From Pristiophorus japonicus (Eukaryota), in NCBI RefSeq assembly GCF_044704955.1, contig NW_027252669.1, forward strand, positions 620,001-684,000: 64,000 nucleotides of DNA. Reading direction: 5' to 3'. The position numbers and the translations under genes were made by a program. Under the pieces are notes generated by a model. It made no database searches, was not told the DNA's origin, and was given only the letters and a program-made list of their open reading frames with translations. Shown piece by piece: positions 10,390-22,198 of this stretch. Position 1 is the stretch's first letter. Each line of letters begins with the position of its first letter.

Positions 10390-11097
10390 AACCCTGCTGA
10401 GTCATTGAATATATTCAAGGCTGAGATACATAGTTTTTTGTACTCTAGGTGAATCAAGGGATATGGGCTTAAAGGAGGAAAGTTGAGTTTAGTTAGATGA
10501 TCAGCCATGATCGTGCTGAATGGCGGAGCAGTCTCGAGGGGCCTTGTAGCCTACTCCTGCTCCTAAATATTATGTTCTTATATAACTTCATACCTTCCCA
10601 TGAAAACCTCCTCAGAATTGATAACAGTAATTGTGTCCTTTCTGCATTAACTCCTCCTGATCTCTTAGCCCTCTTATGTTTTGCTCTGAGAAATTCCTTT
10701 GGAGTTTGGAAGAATGAGAGGCGATCTCATTGAAACGTATATGATTCTGAGGGGTATTGACGGGCGAGATGCTGAGAGGTTGCTCCCGCTGATCGGAGAC
10801 TCTGGAACTAGGCAGCATAATCTCAAGATAAGGTGTCAACAATATCAGGCTGAGATGAGGAGGAATTTCTTCACTCAGAGGTTTGTGAATCTTTGGAATT
10901 CTCTGCCCCAGAGGGCTGAGGATGCTGCGTCCTTGATTATATTCAAAACTGAGATCGATAGATTTATGGACTCCAGAAGAATCAAGGGATATGGGGATCG
11001 GACGGGAAAGTGGAGTTGAGGTCGAAGATGGGCCATGATCATATTGAATGGCAGAGCAGGCTCCAGCTTCCGTGTGGCTCCTAATTCTTATATTCCT
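10390..11097 (+). mobile_element. Two CR1 3'-end fragments (10390-10580 and 10700-11097)
   Basis: ORF 10699-11019 (RMRGDLIETY...RRNFFTQRFVNLWNSLP) is the CR1 ORF2 C-terminus; both fragments end in the ...ctcctaat..ttatgttc tail. Confidence 0.85.
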
Positions 11098-11292
11098 ATA
11101 TCACTTCACATCTGCCCAAGTAAATCTTCTCAGAATTTGCAGCAGTAATTGGACCCTTTCTCCCTTAACTCCACCTGATATCTTGGCTCTCTCGTGGTTT
11201 GCTCTCAGAAATACCTCTGGGTGAACGTCACTGGGAAAATGCAAGATGTTGTGTGTGGAATTAAATAATCATGTTGAAAAAACTCTGGCGCT

Positions 11293-11324
11293 TGCAGTAG
11301 ATGGTTATCACCAGCAGGTGGCGA
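11293..11324 (+). promoter_or_regulatory. Candidate CTCF binding site with upstream TGCAG module
   Basis: Core CCAGCAGGTGGCG 11311-11323, preceded by TGCAG at 11293-11297, in non-repeat sequence. Confidence 0.6.
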
Positions 11325-11714
11325 CAGTGATCTTATTGAAACAGGAATCATGCAGAGGCTGCTGTTGCTGAGCTGATAAGTCACCGTATGCATTCTCAGA
11401 ACAAGTTATAGCATTGCTATCAATCAATATTTAATAATACTCAGATTACTGCTCAGTTCAATTGGAAGAGAGCTTTCATCCTTAGAATTAGAAGGAGAAA
11501 TAAAGATTAGATTTAGTCAAATCCAGACTATGGGAAGTATGTCAAGGCCTTGGTGATGCTGCAGAGCAGAACGTCTAGTAATTTATCAGAGTGAAGTATT
11601 TCAGTTATGAGGAGACTGGAGAAACTGGGATTGCTCTACTTAGATCAGAGAAGGTTAAATGGTTCTTTAATAGTAATTAAATATTGAAATGTTGTCATAG
11701 ATTCAGAGAGGATT

Positions 11715-14275
11715 ATTGCACAGAATGAGGCCATTGTGCCCATCGTCCCTGAGCTAAAAAAAGAGCCATCCAGCCTAATCCCACTTTCCAGCACTTGGTC
11801 CGCAGCCTTGTAGCTTAGGGCACTTCCAATGCATAATCATGTGCTTTTTAAATGTGATGAGGATTTCTGCCTCTACCACTATTTCAGGCAGTAAGTCAAA
11901 AATCCCCACCACACTCTGGGTGAAATAAATTTTCCACGACTCCCCTCAAATCCTTCCACCAATTACATTGAATTTATGTCTCCTACTTACTGGTCTCTCT
12001 GCTGAGGGAAATAGGTACTTCCTATCCACCCTATCGAGGCACTTCATAATCTTATACTCCTCAATTGAATCTCCCCTCAGCCTCCACTGTTCGAAAGAAA
12101 ACAACCCCAACCGAACCAAACTATCCTCAGATCTAAAAGTCTCCAGTGCTGGCAAGATCCTCATTATCCTCCTTTGTACCCTCTCGAGTGCAATCTCATA
12201 TTTCCTTTAATTTGGTGACCAGGCTGCACGCAGTACTCTACCTGTGGCCTAACTAGTGTTTTGTACAGTTCAAGCATAACCGCCCTGCTCCTTTATTCTA
12301 TGCCATTGCTACTCAAATAAAGTATACTGTATATCTTCTTAACCACCTTATATACCTGTCCTGCTACCTTCAAAGATCTGTGGACATGCACTCCGTCCCT
12401 CTGTCCCTCTACATTTCTCAGTGTTCTATCATTTATTGTCTATTACCTTGCCTTGATAGCCCTCCCCAATTGCAGTACATCACACTTCTCCAGATTGAAT
12501 TTCATTTGCCACTGTTCTACCCACTTGATCAGTCCATAGATATCTTCCTGTAGTCTACAGCTGTCTTCCTCAATATCAACCACACTGCCAATTGCTGTAT
12601 CATCTGCAATCTTCCTAATCATGCCCCCGACATTCAAGTCCAAATCATTGATATATAACAAAAAAGCAAGGGAATTAATACAGAGCCCTGCAGAACCCCT
12701 CTGGAAACATCCTTCCTGTCACAAAAACACCCATCGACCATTCCGCTTTGCTTCCTGCCTCTCAGCCAATTTTGGATCGAACTTGCCAGTTTCCCTTGGA
12801 TCCCATGGGCTTTTACTTTTTCTGACCAACCTGCCTTGTGTGACCTTGTCAACGGCCTTTCTGAACTTGATGTAGATTACATCAAATGATTCGTGATCGA
12901 CCCTCCTCATTATCTCCTCATAAAATGTAACCAATTTAGTCAGATATGACATTCCTTTAACAAAACCATTTTAACAGTCCTTGATTAATCTGTGATATTC
13001 TGAATGAACATTTATTCTGTCCCTCAGAACATTTTCCAATAATGTTCCCACCACCGAGGTTAGGCTGAATGACCGATAATAACTTGGTCTATCCGTTTCT
13101 CCCTCTTTAAACAATGGCACAATGTTAGCAGTCCTCCAGTCCTCTGCCCCCATGCCTGTAACCGGAAAGGTTTGAATAATGATGGTCAGAGCCTGCGCTC
13201 TTTTCTCCCTTGCCTCGCTTAACAGCCAGTGGAACATTACATTCGCGACTAGTGATTTGTTTATTTTTAAAGATGCTAAACCACTTAATTCTTCATCTGT
13301 CTCTAGGTTTATCCCATCTAATATTTCATACTCCTCCTCATAAACTACAGTGTCTGCATTGTCCCTCTGTCTGTGAAGACAGACGCAAAGTATGTATTGA
13401 GTCCATACCAGTGTCTTCTGCCTCCACACATCGATTACCGTTTTCATCTCTACTCTTTCTTCATTTATTCCCTTGCGTTTTATGTATTTATAAACCAGCT
13501 TTGGGTTTTCCTTGATTTTACTTGCCAACATTTCCATGCCCACTCTTTGCTTTCCGAATGTCCCTTTTCATTTCAGCCCTCCACTTTCTATACTCCCCTA
13601 GGTTGTTTGCAGTATTGAGTTTTCGGTACCTGCCAAAAACTTCGCTTTTTCCCTTATACTATTCTGTGTGCTCCGTGACATCCAGGGGATCGAGATGTGG
13701 GAGTCCCACCACTTTTCTTTGTGGGAACATATTTGCTCTGTACCCTACTTATCTCTGCTTTGAATGCCTCCCAATGCTCTGACACTGATTTACCTTCAAG
13801 TAGCTGTTCCGCATCTCTTTTGTTAAATCACTTCTCAGCTTATTAAAATTGGCCTTTCCCCACTCGACATTTACACCTTGTCTACATTTTCCATAACTAT
13901 GCTAAATATAACTGAATTTTGACCAAAAGAGTCAAAATGCTCTCCCATTAATACCCCTTCCTACTGGCCAGTTTCATTCCCTAAAATTAAATCCAGAACT
14001 ATTCGTTGGCATTACTACGTTCTGTCTAAAAAAATATCTTCTGAATGCATCTTAAGGGTCCTAGGGTAGTTGTCACCCCCTACTAATGTTCCCTATTGTT
14101 TTTGGACTTCTCACAAATGTAGCTGTATATTTGCTATTCTATCTCCCTCTAACTGTTTAGCGATCTATAGTTGTGTGCTTGTCCCTTTTTTGTTCTTCCG
14201 TTCAATCTATATGGAATCATTTGATGATCCTTCCAACATACCATCCCTCCTTACAGCTGTAAGGTTTCCTTTATA
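11715..14275 (-). mobile_element. Decayed CR1 LINE (ORF2 fragments, RT)
   Basis: ORFs with DWRTANIVPLFK, SLTSVVG, RKIADDT, RLRGDSIE; frameshifted. Confidence 0.9.
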
Positions 14276-14494
14276 GGAAATAGGGTCATTGTCCTCTCTT
14301 GTGTTTGCATTTTCATTTCTTGAGGCTTTTCTCATTGGTACCTGCGTTTTATTTGTCTCATGCCTCTTATTGCTTTTCGTATCATTCTGCTTGCTATTAA
14401 CCAGCTACAGCCCGGGGTATAGTTGTGTTTCAAGGCATGTGTTAGAGCCTTTAACTTTGATTTAACTACTTGAAAGAATAGACGTGCTTAAGAT

Positions 14495-14730
14495 CGAGTT
14501 AAGGCTTATGGTTGAAGGTATTTTAGGTTTTGGGTTTAGGTTAGAGTTAGGGTCGGTAGTTTTGGGGTCACTCGGGTTAGTGTCATTAGGGTTAGAGTAG
14601 GGGTTATGGTTGTTGTTATGGATTAGTGTTGGTGTTGTGGTTTGCATCAGGGATCGGATTTGCGAGCTAAGGTTAGTGTTCCGGTAGGCTTTCCATGGTT
14701 CCATGGGGGTCACTTTAGGTTTGGATCGGG
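14495..14730 (+). repeat. Degenerate (TTAGGG)n-like tract
   Basis: tttaggttagagttagggtc..gggttag..ttagggttagagtaggggtta. Confidence 0.6.
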
Positions 14731-14769
14731 GTCAGATTTTTCTCGTTTTATATTTGATTGAGTCAATTT

Positions 14770-15170
14770 GTTAACTGGGTTTCTCATTCCCAGAATCTCT
14801 CTCTGTCTTCTTCCTTTGTGGGGTTGTCCAGCTCATTGTGGTTTCAAGCCCAATAATTTCCTGGGACGTAACCCCACGTTCAATGAAATGTCTGCTGATT
14901 GCTTTGTCCTCATGTTCTGTTCTGGTGGCACTGAGGTGCCCTGTAAGCCTGGTTCTTTGATAGTTCCCTGTTTCCCCGCTAAACAAGATGTAGAATTGTT
15001 TGCATCGGATTGCCACACTGGGCAGATCGCATATAATCTTTCGGCTTATGAAGCCAATTTCCCCGTGCTCCTGCTTTGTATTTGGTTTTGGATTTGTAGC
15101 TATTTACATATCCCATATTGCTTGTCAGCAGAGTTCTGGTTCCCTGTATTCTTCTGCCAACCAACATGTA
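14770..15170 (-). mobile_element. Penelope-like element remnant (GIY-YIG endonuclease domain)
   Basis: AIRCKQFYILFSGETGNYQRTRLTGHLSATR..DKAISRHF..IIGLE..QRKKTER matches the PLE pattern Y.I.C..C...YIGET...L..R..EH......HF; frameshifted. Confidence 0.7.
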
Positions 15171-15299
15171 ATTTACATTATTTTCTCTTTTAAATGCTGA
15201 TGTTATGCTGTACTGGCTGAGTGCACACCTCTACATTCAGTTTTTCAAAATTATTTAAATTACTCTGTTAATTTGTGAGGCCACTTCACACAGGAGCTT

Positions 15300-16890
15300 A
15301 CGCAATATAAATAACAACAGGGTCTCGTGTAATATAAACAGAGACAGGGTCTAGTATAATATAAACAGAGACAGGGTCCAGTGTAATATAAACAGGGACA
15401 GGGTCTAGTGTAATATAAGCAGAGACCGGATCTATTTTAATATAAACAGAGACAGGGTATAGTGTAATATAAACAGTGTCAGAGTCTAGTGTAATATAAA
15501 CAGAGATAGGACCTAGTGTAGTATAAACAGTGACAGTCTCTTGTGTGATATAAACAGAGGCAGGGTCTAGCGTACAGTAAACAGCAACAGGGTCTAGTGT
15601 ATTATCAACAGAGACATCGTTCTCTGTAATATAAAAAGAGACAGGACTTAGAAATCGAGGAAGACTTGCTTCCACTCTGAAAATTAGATCTTAGCTGACA
15701 GAACATTCCAATATGGGAATTACAGTCTCTATCACAGGTAAGACAGACAGTCGTTGAGGGAAAGGGTGGGTGGGACTGATTTGCCGCACGCTCCTTCTGC
15801 TGCCTGTGCTTCGTTTATGCATGCTCTCGGCGATGAGACTTGAGGTGCTCAGCACCCTCCCAGATGCACTTCCTCCATTTAGGGCGGTCTTTGTCCAAAT
15901 ACTCCCAGGTGTCGGTCGGGATGTTGCTTTTTATCAAGGAGACTTTGAGGGTGTCCTTGAAACGCTTCCTCTGCCACCTTGGACTCGCTTGCAGTGTCGT
16001 AGTAGAGCGCTTGCTTTGGGAGTCTTGGGTGAGGCATGCAACACTTTGGCACACCCAGCAGAGCTGGTCGAGTGTGGTCAGTGCTTCGATGCTGAGGATG
16101 TTGGACTGGTCAAGGGTGCTAATGTTGAAGCGTCTGGCCTTCCAGGGAATTTGCAGGATCTTGCAGGGAAATTGTTGGTGGTATTTCTCCAGCGAATTGA
16201 GGTGACTCCTGTTTATGGTCCACATCTCTGAGCTGTGCAGGAGGGCGGTTATCACTACAGCCCTGTAGATCATGAGCTTGGTGGAAGATTTGATGGCCTG
16301 GTCTTTGAACACTGTTTTCCTCAGGCGGCCGAAGGCTGCGCTGGCACACTGGAGGCGTAGTGAATCTTGTTGTCAATGTTTGCTCTTGTTGTTAATTGGC
16401 TCCCGAAGTATGGAAAGTGGTCCACGTTGTCCAGGGCCACGCCGTGGATCTTGATGACTTGGGGTTAATATGGTGGAGTCAGACTTGTGGATGATCTTTA
16501 TCTTATGGATGTTTAGTGTAAGGACCATGCTTTCATGCCTAGTGTAATATAAACAGAGACAGGGATCCATGTAATATAAACAGAGACATAGTCTAGTGCA
16601 GTAATAACTGAGATACGTTCTAGCATAAAATAAACAGCAACAGAGTCTTGCGTACTACAAACAGAGACAGTATGCAATGCAATACTCAGGCAGTGTTATA
16701 TCAACGGGTTAAACAAACAGATAAAATATCTGTTTCAGTAATAATTGAGATTGGGACTTGTGTAATATAACCAGAGACATGGTCGGGATATAATGTAAAT
16801 AAAATATGGTCGAGTGCAGAAATAAATGAGACACGGCCAAGTGTAATATAAAAAAAGACATGGTCTAGTGCAGTAATAACTGAGACAGGG
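15300..16890 (-). repeat. 27-bp minisatellite (GTTTATATTACACTAGACCCTGTCTCT), minus orientation, split by an RTE insertion
   Basis: Arrays at 15300-15650 and 16540-16890; translates to spurious ITLDPVSVY repeats. Confidence 0.9.
15651..16540 (-). mobile_element. RTE-clade LINE 3' fragment
   Basis: TKLMIYRAVVITALLHSSEMWT...CKILQIPW...RKRFKDTLK..DRPKWRKCI is a typical RTE ORF C-terminus; its 3'UTR recurs at 30.8, 42.9 and 57.0 kb with a (TGA)n tail. Confidence 0.85.
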
Positions 16891-16899
16891 CACAGTATT

Positions 16900-17585
16900 A
16901 ATCAGAAAATTAGAGGTGCATGTAACAAGGGTAATACAGTAATCATAGGGTATTTCAATCTACATATAGACTTAGCATACCAAATTTGCAGTAACATTGT
17001 GGAGGACGAATTCATGGAATGAATACAAGATGGTTTTCTCGATTAGTATGTTGAGGAACCAACAAGGGAACAGGCAATTTTAGATCTAGTATTGTGCAGT
17101 CAGAAAGGGTTAATTAATAACCTTGTAGAAAACGGGCCTAGAGGGAAAAGTGGCCACAATGTGACAGAATATTATATGAAATTTCAAAGTGATTTCGTTA
17201 TATCCAAAACTAGGGATTAAGTCTAAACAAATCAAACTATGTAGCTATGAGAGCGTGTTGGAAACCTGTATTAAAAGGTATGATGGTAGACAAGCAATGG
17301 ATAGCATGTGAAGAATTAATGCATAAGTTAAGACAAACATACCTTTTTTAAGGCACAAAAATCGTGCAAGAAAATTGGTCCAACCATGGATAACAAGAGA
17401 AGTTAAAGATAGTATTAAATCAAAGGACGAAATTAATAATGTAGCCAAAAATAGTAGTAAGCCTGAGGATTGGGAGGATTTTCGAATTCAGCAAAGGAAA
17501 ACCAGGAAATTGATCAAGAAAAGGAAAATAGAATATGAGAGTAAACCACCGACACACATAAAACAGACAGTAAAAGCTTCTATAG
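16900..17585 (+). mobile_element. Internal CR1 ORF2 fragment (endonuclease end/linker)
   Basis: EEPTREQAILDLVL and QPWITREVKDSIKSK motifs. Confidence 0.85.
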
Positions 17586-17599
17586 GACATTTCTTAGTT

Positions 17600-18575
17600 T
17601 TTGCTGAAATAGACCTTGTCTCAGTTTATATTACACGAGACAACGTCTCTTTTTATATTACACTAGACAATGTCTCAGTTTATATTGCATGAGACAACGT
17701 CTCTTTTTATATTACACTAGACAATGCCTCAGTTTATATTACACTAGATAATGTCTTCCTTTATATTACACTAGACAATCTGTCAGTTTATATTACACGA
17801 GACAATGTCTCAGTTTATGTTACACTAGACAATGTCTCCGTTTATATTACACGAGAATACGTCTCACTTTATATTACATTAGACGCTGTTTCAGTTATTA
17901 CTGCACTAGAACATGTCCCTGGTATATTATAATCGGTCCTGTCTCCGTTGGTACTGTGCTAGACTTTGGTTCTGTTAATATTGCATTAATGCATTAGACC
18001 CGGTCACTGGTTATATTAAACTAGGCCCTCCATCTGTTCATATTACACTGGGCCATGTCTCTGTTTATATTACACAAGGCTCTCTCTGTTAGTACTGCAG
18101 GAGAACATGTCTCTCTTTATATTACACTGGGACCTGTCTCAGTTATCATTGCACGAGACCATGTCTCTGATTAGACTGCACTCGGCCTTGTCTCAGTATA
18201 TATTACACGATGCCCTGTATCAGTTATTACTACACTGGAACATGCCCCTGTTCATATTGTCTTAGATTGGATACTGTCTCATTTATTACTGCACTCACGA
18301 ATGTATCTCTTCATGTTGCACGAAACCTTGGTTCAGTTTTAATGTAAAAAACTATGTCTATGTTTATAATGCACTGGACACTCTCAGCTATTACAATCTA
18401 CACCATGCCTCCATATATATTACACGAGGCCCTGTCGCAGTTATTATTACACGAGACGATGTCACCTCTTTATATTGCACTCGTTATTGTCTCTTTTTTG
18501 ATGTATTAGACCGTTCTTCTGTTTAAATTACATGTTACACTTTCTCAATTAGTACTGCACGAGAGCATGCCTCTA
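17600..18575 (+). repeat. 27-bp minisatellite, plus orientation, progressively degenerate
   Basis: tttatattacactagacaatgtctcag units. Confidence 0.9.
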
Positions 18576-18699
18576 TTCAATTAGATGACGGATGATTGGT
18601 ATCTTAACTCCATCGACCAGCATTGGTTAATACCCTATCCGAACCAAATTTTACAAATCAATCGCTGGCAACAATCAGAAATAAATGCCTTTGCCTGTT

Positions 18700-19505
18700 A
18701 TATCCTTCACATTATGAAGCGATTTGATAGAGTTGATAGTGAGACATTGTTTACACTGACAGGAGCGTCGGTAACCAGAGGACATGGATTTAAGATCAAT
18801 TGCAAAAAAAAGAAACAGAGGGGAGATGAAGAGATGTTTTAATGTAGCAAGTTGTTCTGCTCTGGAATGCAGAAGGTATACACGAACTTTCGTTTTTATA
18901 AATAGAGAAATAGGGTGCAAATGCAAGGAACTTGTTATTAAACATCTGTAAAACATTGGTTATACCCCAGCCGAAGTATTGTGTTTAATTCTGGGCACCA
19001 CATGTTAGGAAAGATTGGAAAGCCTTGCAAAGGGTGAAGAGGGAATTTACCAGTATAGTACCTTGGATGAAATACTTCAGTTACGTGTAGACCTTCGGGG
19101 CATTGGGATTGTTATCATTGGAGTAGAGAAGTTTAAAAGGAGATTTGATAAACATGTTAAAGATTGTGAGGGGTTCTGACACAGTAACTACGAAGATTAT
19201 TTTCCAGTGGCTGACGGGTCTGGAACCAGAGGACATAGATTTAATGTACTTGGCAAAAGAGCCAGAGGCGAAATGAGGAAAAAGAAATACACAGAATGTG
19301 ATGATCTGGAATACACTGCCTGATAGGGTGCTGGATGCAGTTCCAGTAATACATTTCAAAAGGGATTTGGAAACAATGCAGGGATATTGGGAAATAGCAG
19401 GGGGAGTGCGATTAATTGGTTGCTGTTTCAACTTTGTGCCGGCACAGGAACCAGTGAGCTGAATGTACGCGTTCTGTACAGTATCATTCTTCGATTCTCT
19501 GATTC
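18700..19505 (+). mobile_element. Old CR1 3' fragments
   Basis: MKRFDRVDSETLF..TRGHGFKI; gtattgtgtttaattctgggcacca; gattct tail. Confidence 0.75.
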
Positions 19506-20233
19506 TATAACTGCATCATCTCTCTGTTCATATTACACTAAGACCTGTCTCTGTTTCTAAAACTCTATGGGTTAGAACGTCTACTTTTTTTGCATGCTTA
19601 ACGCCCACTTAACGCCCATTTTACAACTGAAATGACGTATAATGCCCATATATCAATCTTTTTGACATAAAATGGAAACTGGCAGGCATTTTTCGGAAAA
19701 TTATCGCCGAGCATTACTTTCCCCATGTGCTTAACGCTCGGGAAAAAAAATACTGTCCGTTCACATTTTTTGAGTTGAATCAGCAGAATTCAACGCCCAT
19801 AATATCACCCAGTGTTAATTGCCAGACTGACTTAATGCCGAGATTCAATATTAATGCCCGCCCACACTTTGTTGTAGGAAAGAGCATATTTACGAAACTT
19901 GCGGCCATGAGATCGTCCAGCATCAATCTCTCCACCTCGCACACATATCGCTCACAATATCGCACTCCCAAGAAAACGCCCAGTAAATTTGGAACTAAGC
20001 GGAATGAATCACAGCGTTATGGACGCCATGTTCTAGGTCACATGTCGTGTCCTTTAAAAGGCTGCTGTGCTTCAACTTCGACGCAGTTCGGATGTAATCT
20101 GCAGGTCGTTGCAGTTGATGTGAACATCTGTAAAAACATCTCACCATACTGTGACTGATTGTAATTGAAGAGGTGTCTCCGTCGGGGCATTGCTTGTTTG
20201 TGACCAATCGGTGGACAACAGAGAGCTACGGCA

Positions 20234-22198
20234 ATGGTGCCTGCCCTTTCTCACTCTCTGTTGGTGACCAATTACATGCAGTAGACTCGACATCGCCGAA
20301 AGAACATTCCATTGCATTTTGTGCTCAATATAAGACATGACAGACAGATGAGGAGGACCAGATGTTACATCCCCCGCAATTACAAGCAGAGGCATTCTTA
20401 CCTCGACTTGCCCGACACCACATGCCTTCAGAGACTGCGCTTTAGGAAAAGGGGAGGTGCAACGAGACCTAGGTGTCATCGTACATCAGTCATTGAAAGT
20501 TGGCATGCAGGTACAGCAGACGGTGAAGAAGGCAAATGGCATGTTGACCTTCATAGCTAGGGGATTTGAGTACAGGAGCAGGGAAGTCTTATTGCAGTTG
20601 TACAGAGCCTTGGTGAGGCATCACCTGGAATATTGAGTTCACTTCTGTTCTCCTACTCTGAGGAAGGACGTTCTTGCTATTGAGGGAGTGCAGCGCAGGT
20701 TCATCGGACTGATTCCCAGGTCGGCTGGGCAGACACATGAGGAGATATTGTATCGACTGGGCCTGTATTCATTGGAGTTTGGAAGATTGAGAGGGGATCT
20801 CAAATTCTGACGGGACGAGACAGCTTAGATGCAGGAAGAATGTTCCCGATGTTGGACAAGTCCAGAACCAGAGGTCACAGTCTAAAGATAAGGGGTAACC
20901 CATTTAGGATCAAGAAGAGGAGAAACTTCTTCACTCAGAGAATTGTGAACCTGTGGCATTCTCTACCGCAAAGAATTGTTGATGCGTGTCTGTTAGATAT
21001 ATTCAAGAGGGAGTTAGATATGGCCCTCTGGGCTAAAGGGATCAAGGAGTATGGAGAGAAAGCAGGAAGATGGTACTGAGGTCAATGATCAGCCATGAAA
21101 TTATTGAATGGTGGTGCAGGCTCGAAGGGCCGATTGGCCTACTCGTCCACATATTTTCAATGTGTCTATGTTTCTATGATTCTATGTTTCCACAAAGAGG
21201 TTATCACTGAGGTATGCCAGCTGATAAGAGCAGATCTGCAGCCTGTCATCACCATCAGTACTGCACTGTCCTTCAAGGTCAAAATCACTGCAGCACTGTC
21301 GTTCTAAATCTTGGGTTTTTTTCAAGCCACAGTTGGAGACATTTGCGGACTTTCTCAGCATGCCACACATCGCTGTATTAGACAGGATGGTCACGGAAGC
21401 CTGTAAGCACACAGGAGGGACTTGATCAGCTTCCCTATCACATGGGAGGCACAGAGTGAGAGGGCTCTCGGTTTCTCCAGAAAGGAAAACATCCCCAAGG
21501 TGCAGGGAGCAATAGACTGTACGCACACCGTGATGTGGGCACCTTTTAAGAATGCTGAAGTTTTCAGGAACCGCAAGGGATTCCACTCCCTGAATGTCCA
21601 ACTGGTTTTGGACCACCAGCAAATTACACTAGTCATGAATGCTCAATTTCCGGGCAGCATCCATGATGCTCACATGCTGCGTGAGAGCAATGTATCTGAC
21701 TTGTTCAACAATCATTTACAAGGTCAATGCTGGGTGCTTGGTGACAAAGGATATGGTCTCACCACTTGGCTGATGACACCCCCTGCGTGACACCCACAAC
21801 GAATCCGAGAGGTGATACAATGAAAGCCACAGAAAAACTCGCAATATCGTAGAGAAAACCATTGGTGCGCTGAAGCAGCACTTTAGATGCCTGGACCACT
21901 CCCAGGAGGCGAGATCCAATACCACCCTGATCAATTAGCTAAATTCGTGTTGGTGTGCTCCATGCTGCATGACTTGGATATAAGGAGGGAACAAGAATTG
22001 CCTGATGAGTCTGAGAGTTCACCTCACCAGAGTGAGGAAGATGAGGACGAGGAAGCGGACGCTGACATCGGCCCAGATAATCAGCCTGATGCTGAAATCA
22101 TTCCGCCTTCCAACTGAAGGCCGCATGAAAGGGCCCATGGTGGCATCATAGCTGCAAGAGCCTTACGTCAGGAACTCATCAATGATCGCTTTGCCTGA
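20234..22198 (+). pseudogene. Harbinger (HARBI1-like, DDE_Tnp_4) transposase, interrupted by CR1 and frameshifts
   Basis: VQGAIDCTH, NRKGFHSLNVQLV, FPGSIHDAHML, LGDKGY, WLMTP; the frame CLQRLRF..KEVITEVCQLI is rejoined after removing 20445-21190. Confidence 0.88.
20445..21190 (+). mobile_element. 5'-truncated CR1 nested in the Harbinger transposase
   Basis: CR1 ORF2 C-terminus (RTRGHSLKI..RRNFFTQRIVNLW) and ctatgtttctatgattctatg tail. Confidence 0.9.

Noticed and set aside
21422-21790. Domesticated HARBI1 gene
   Set aside because: It lies between TIRs, is frameshifted and is interrupted by a CR1, so it is a dead transposon
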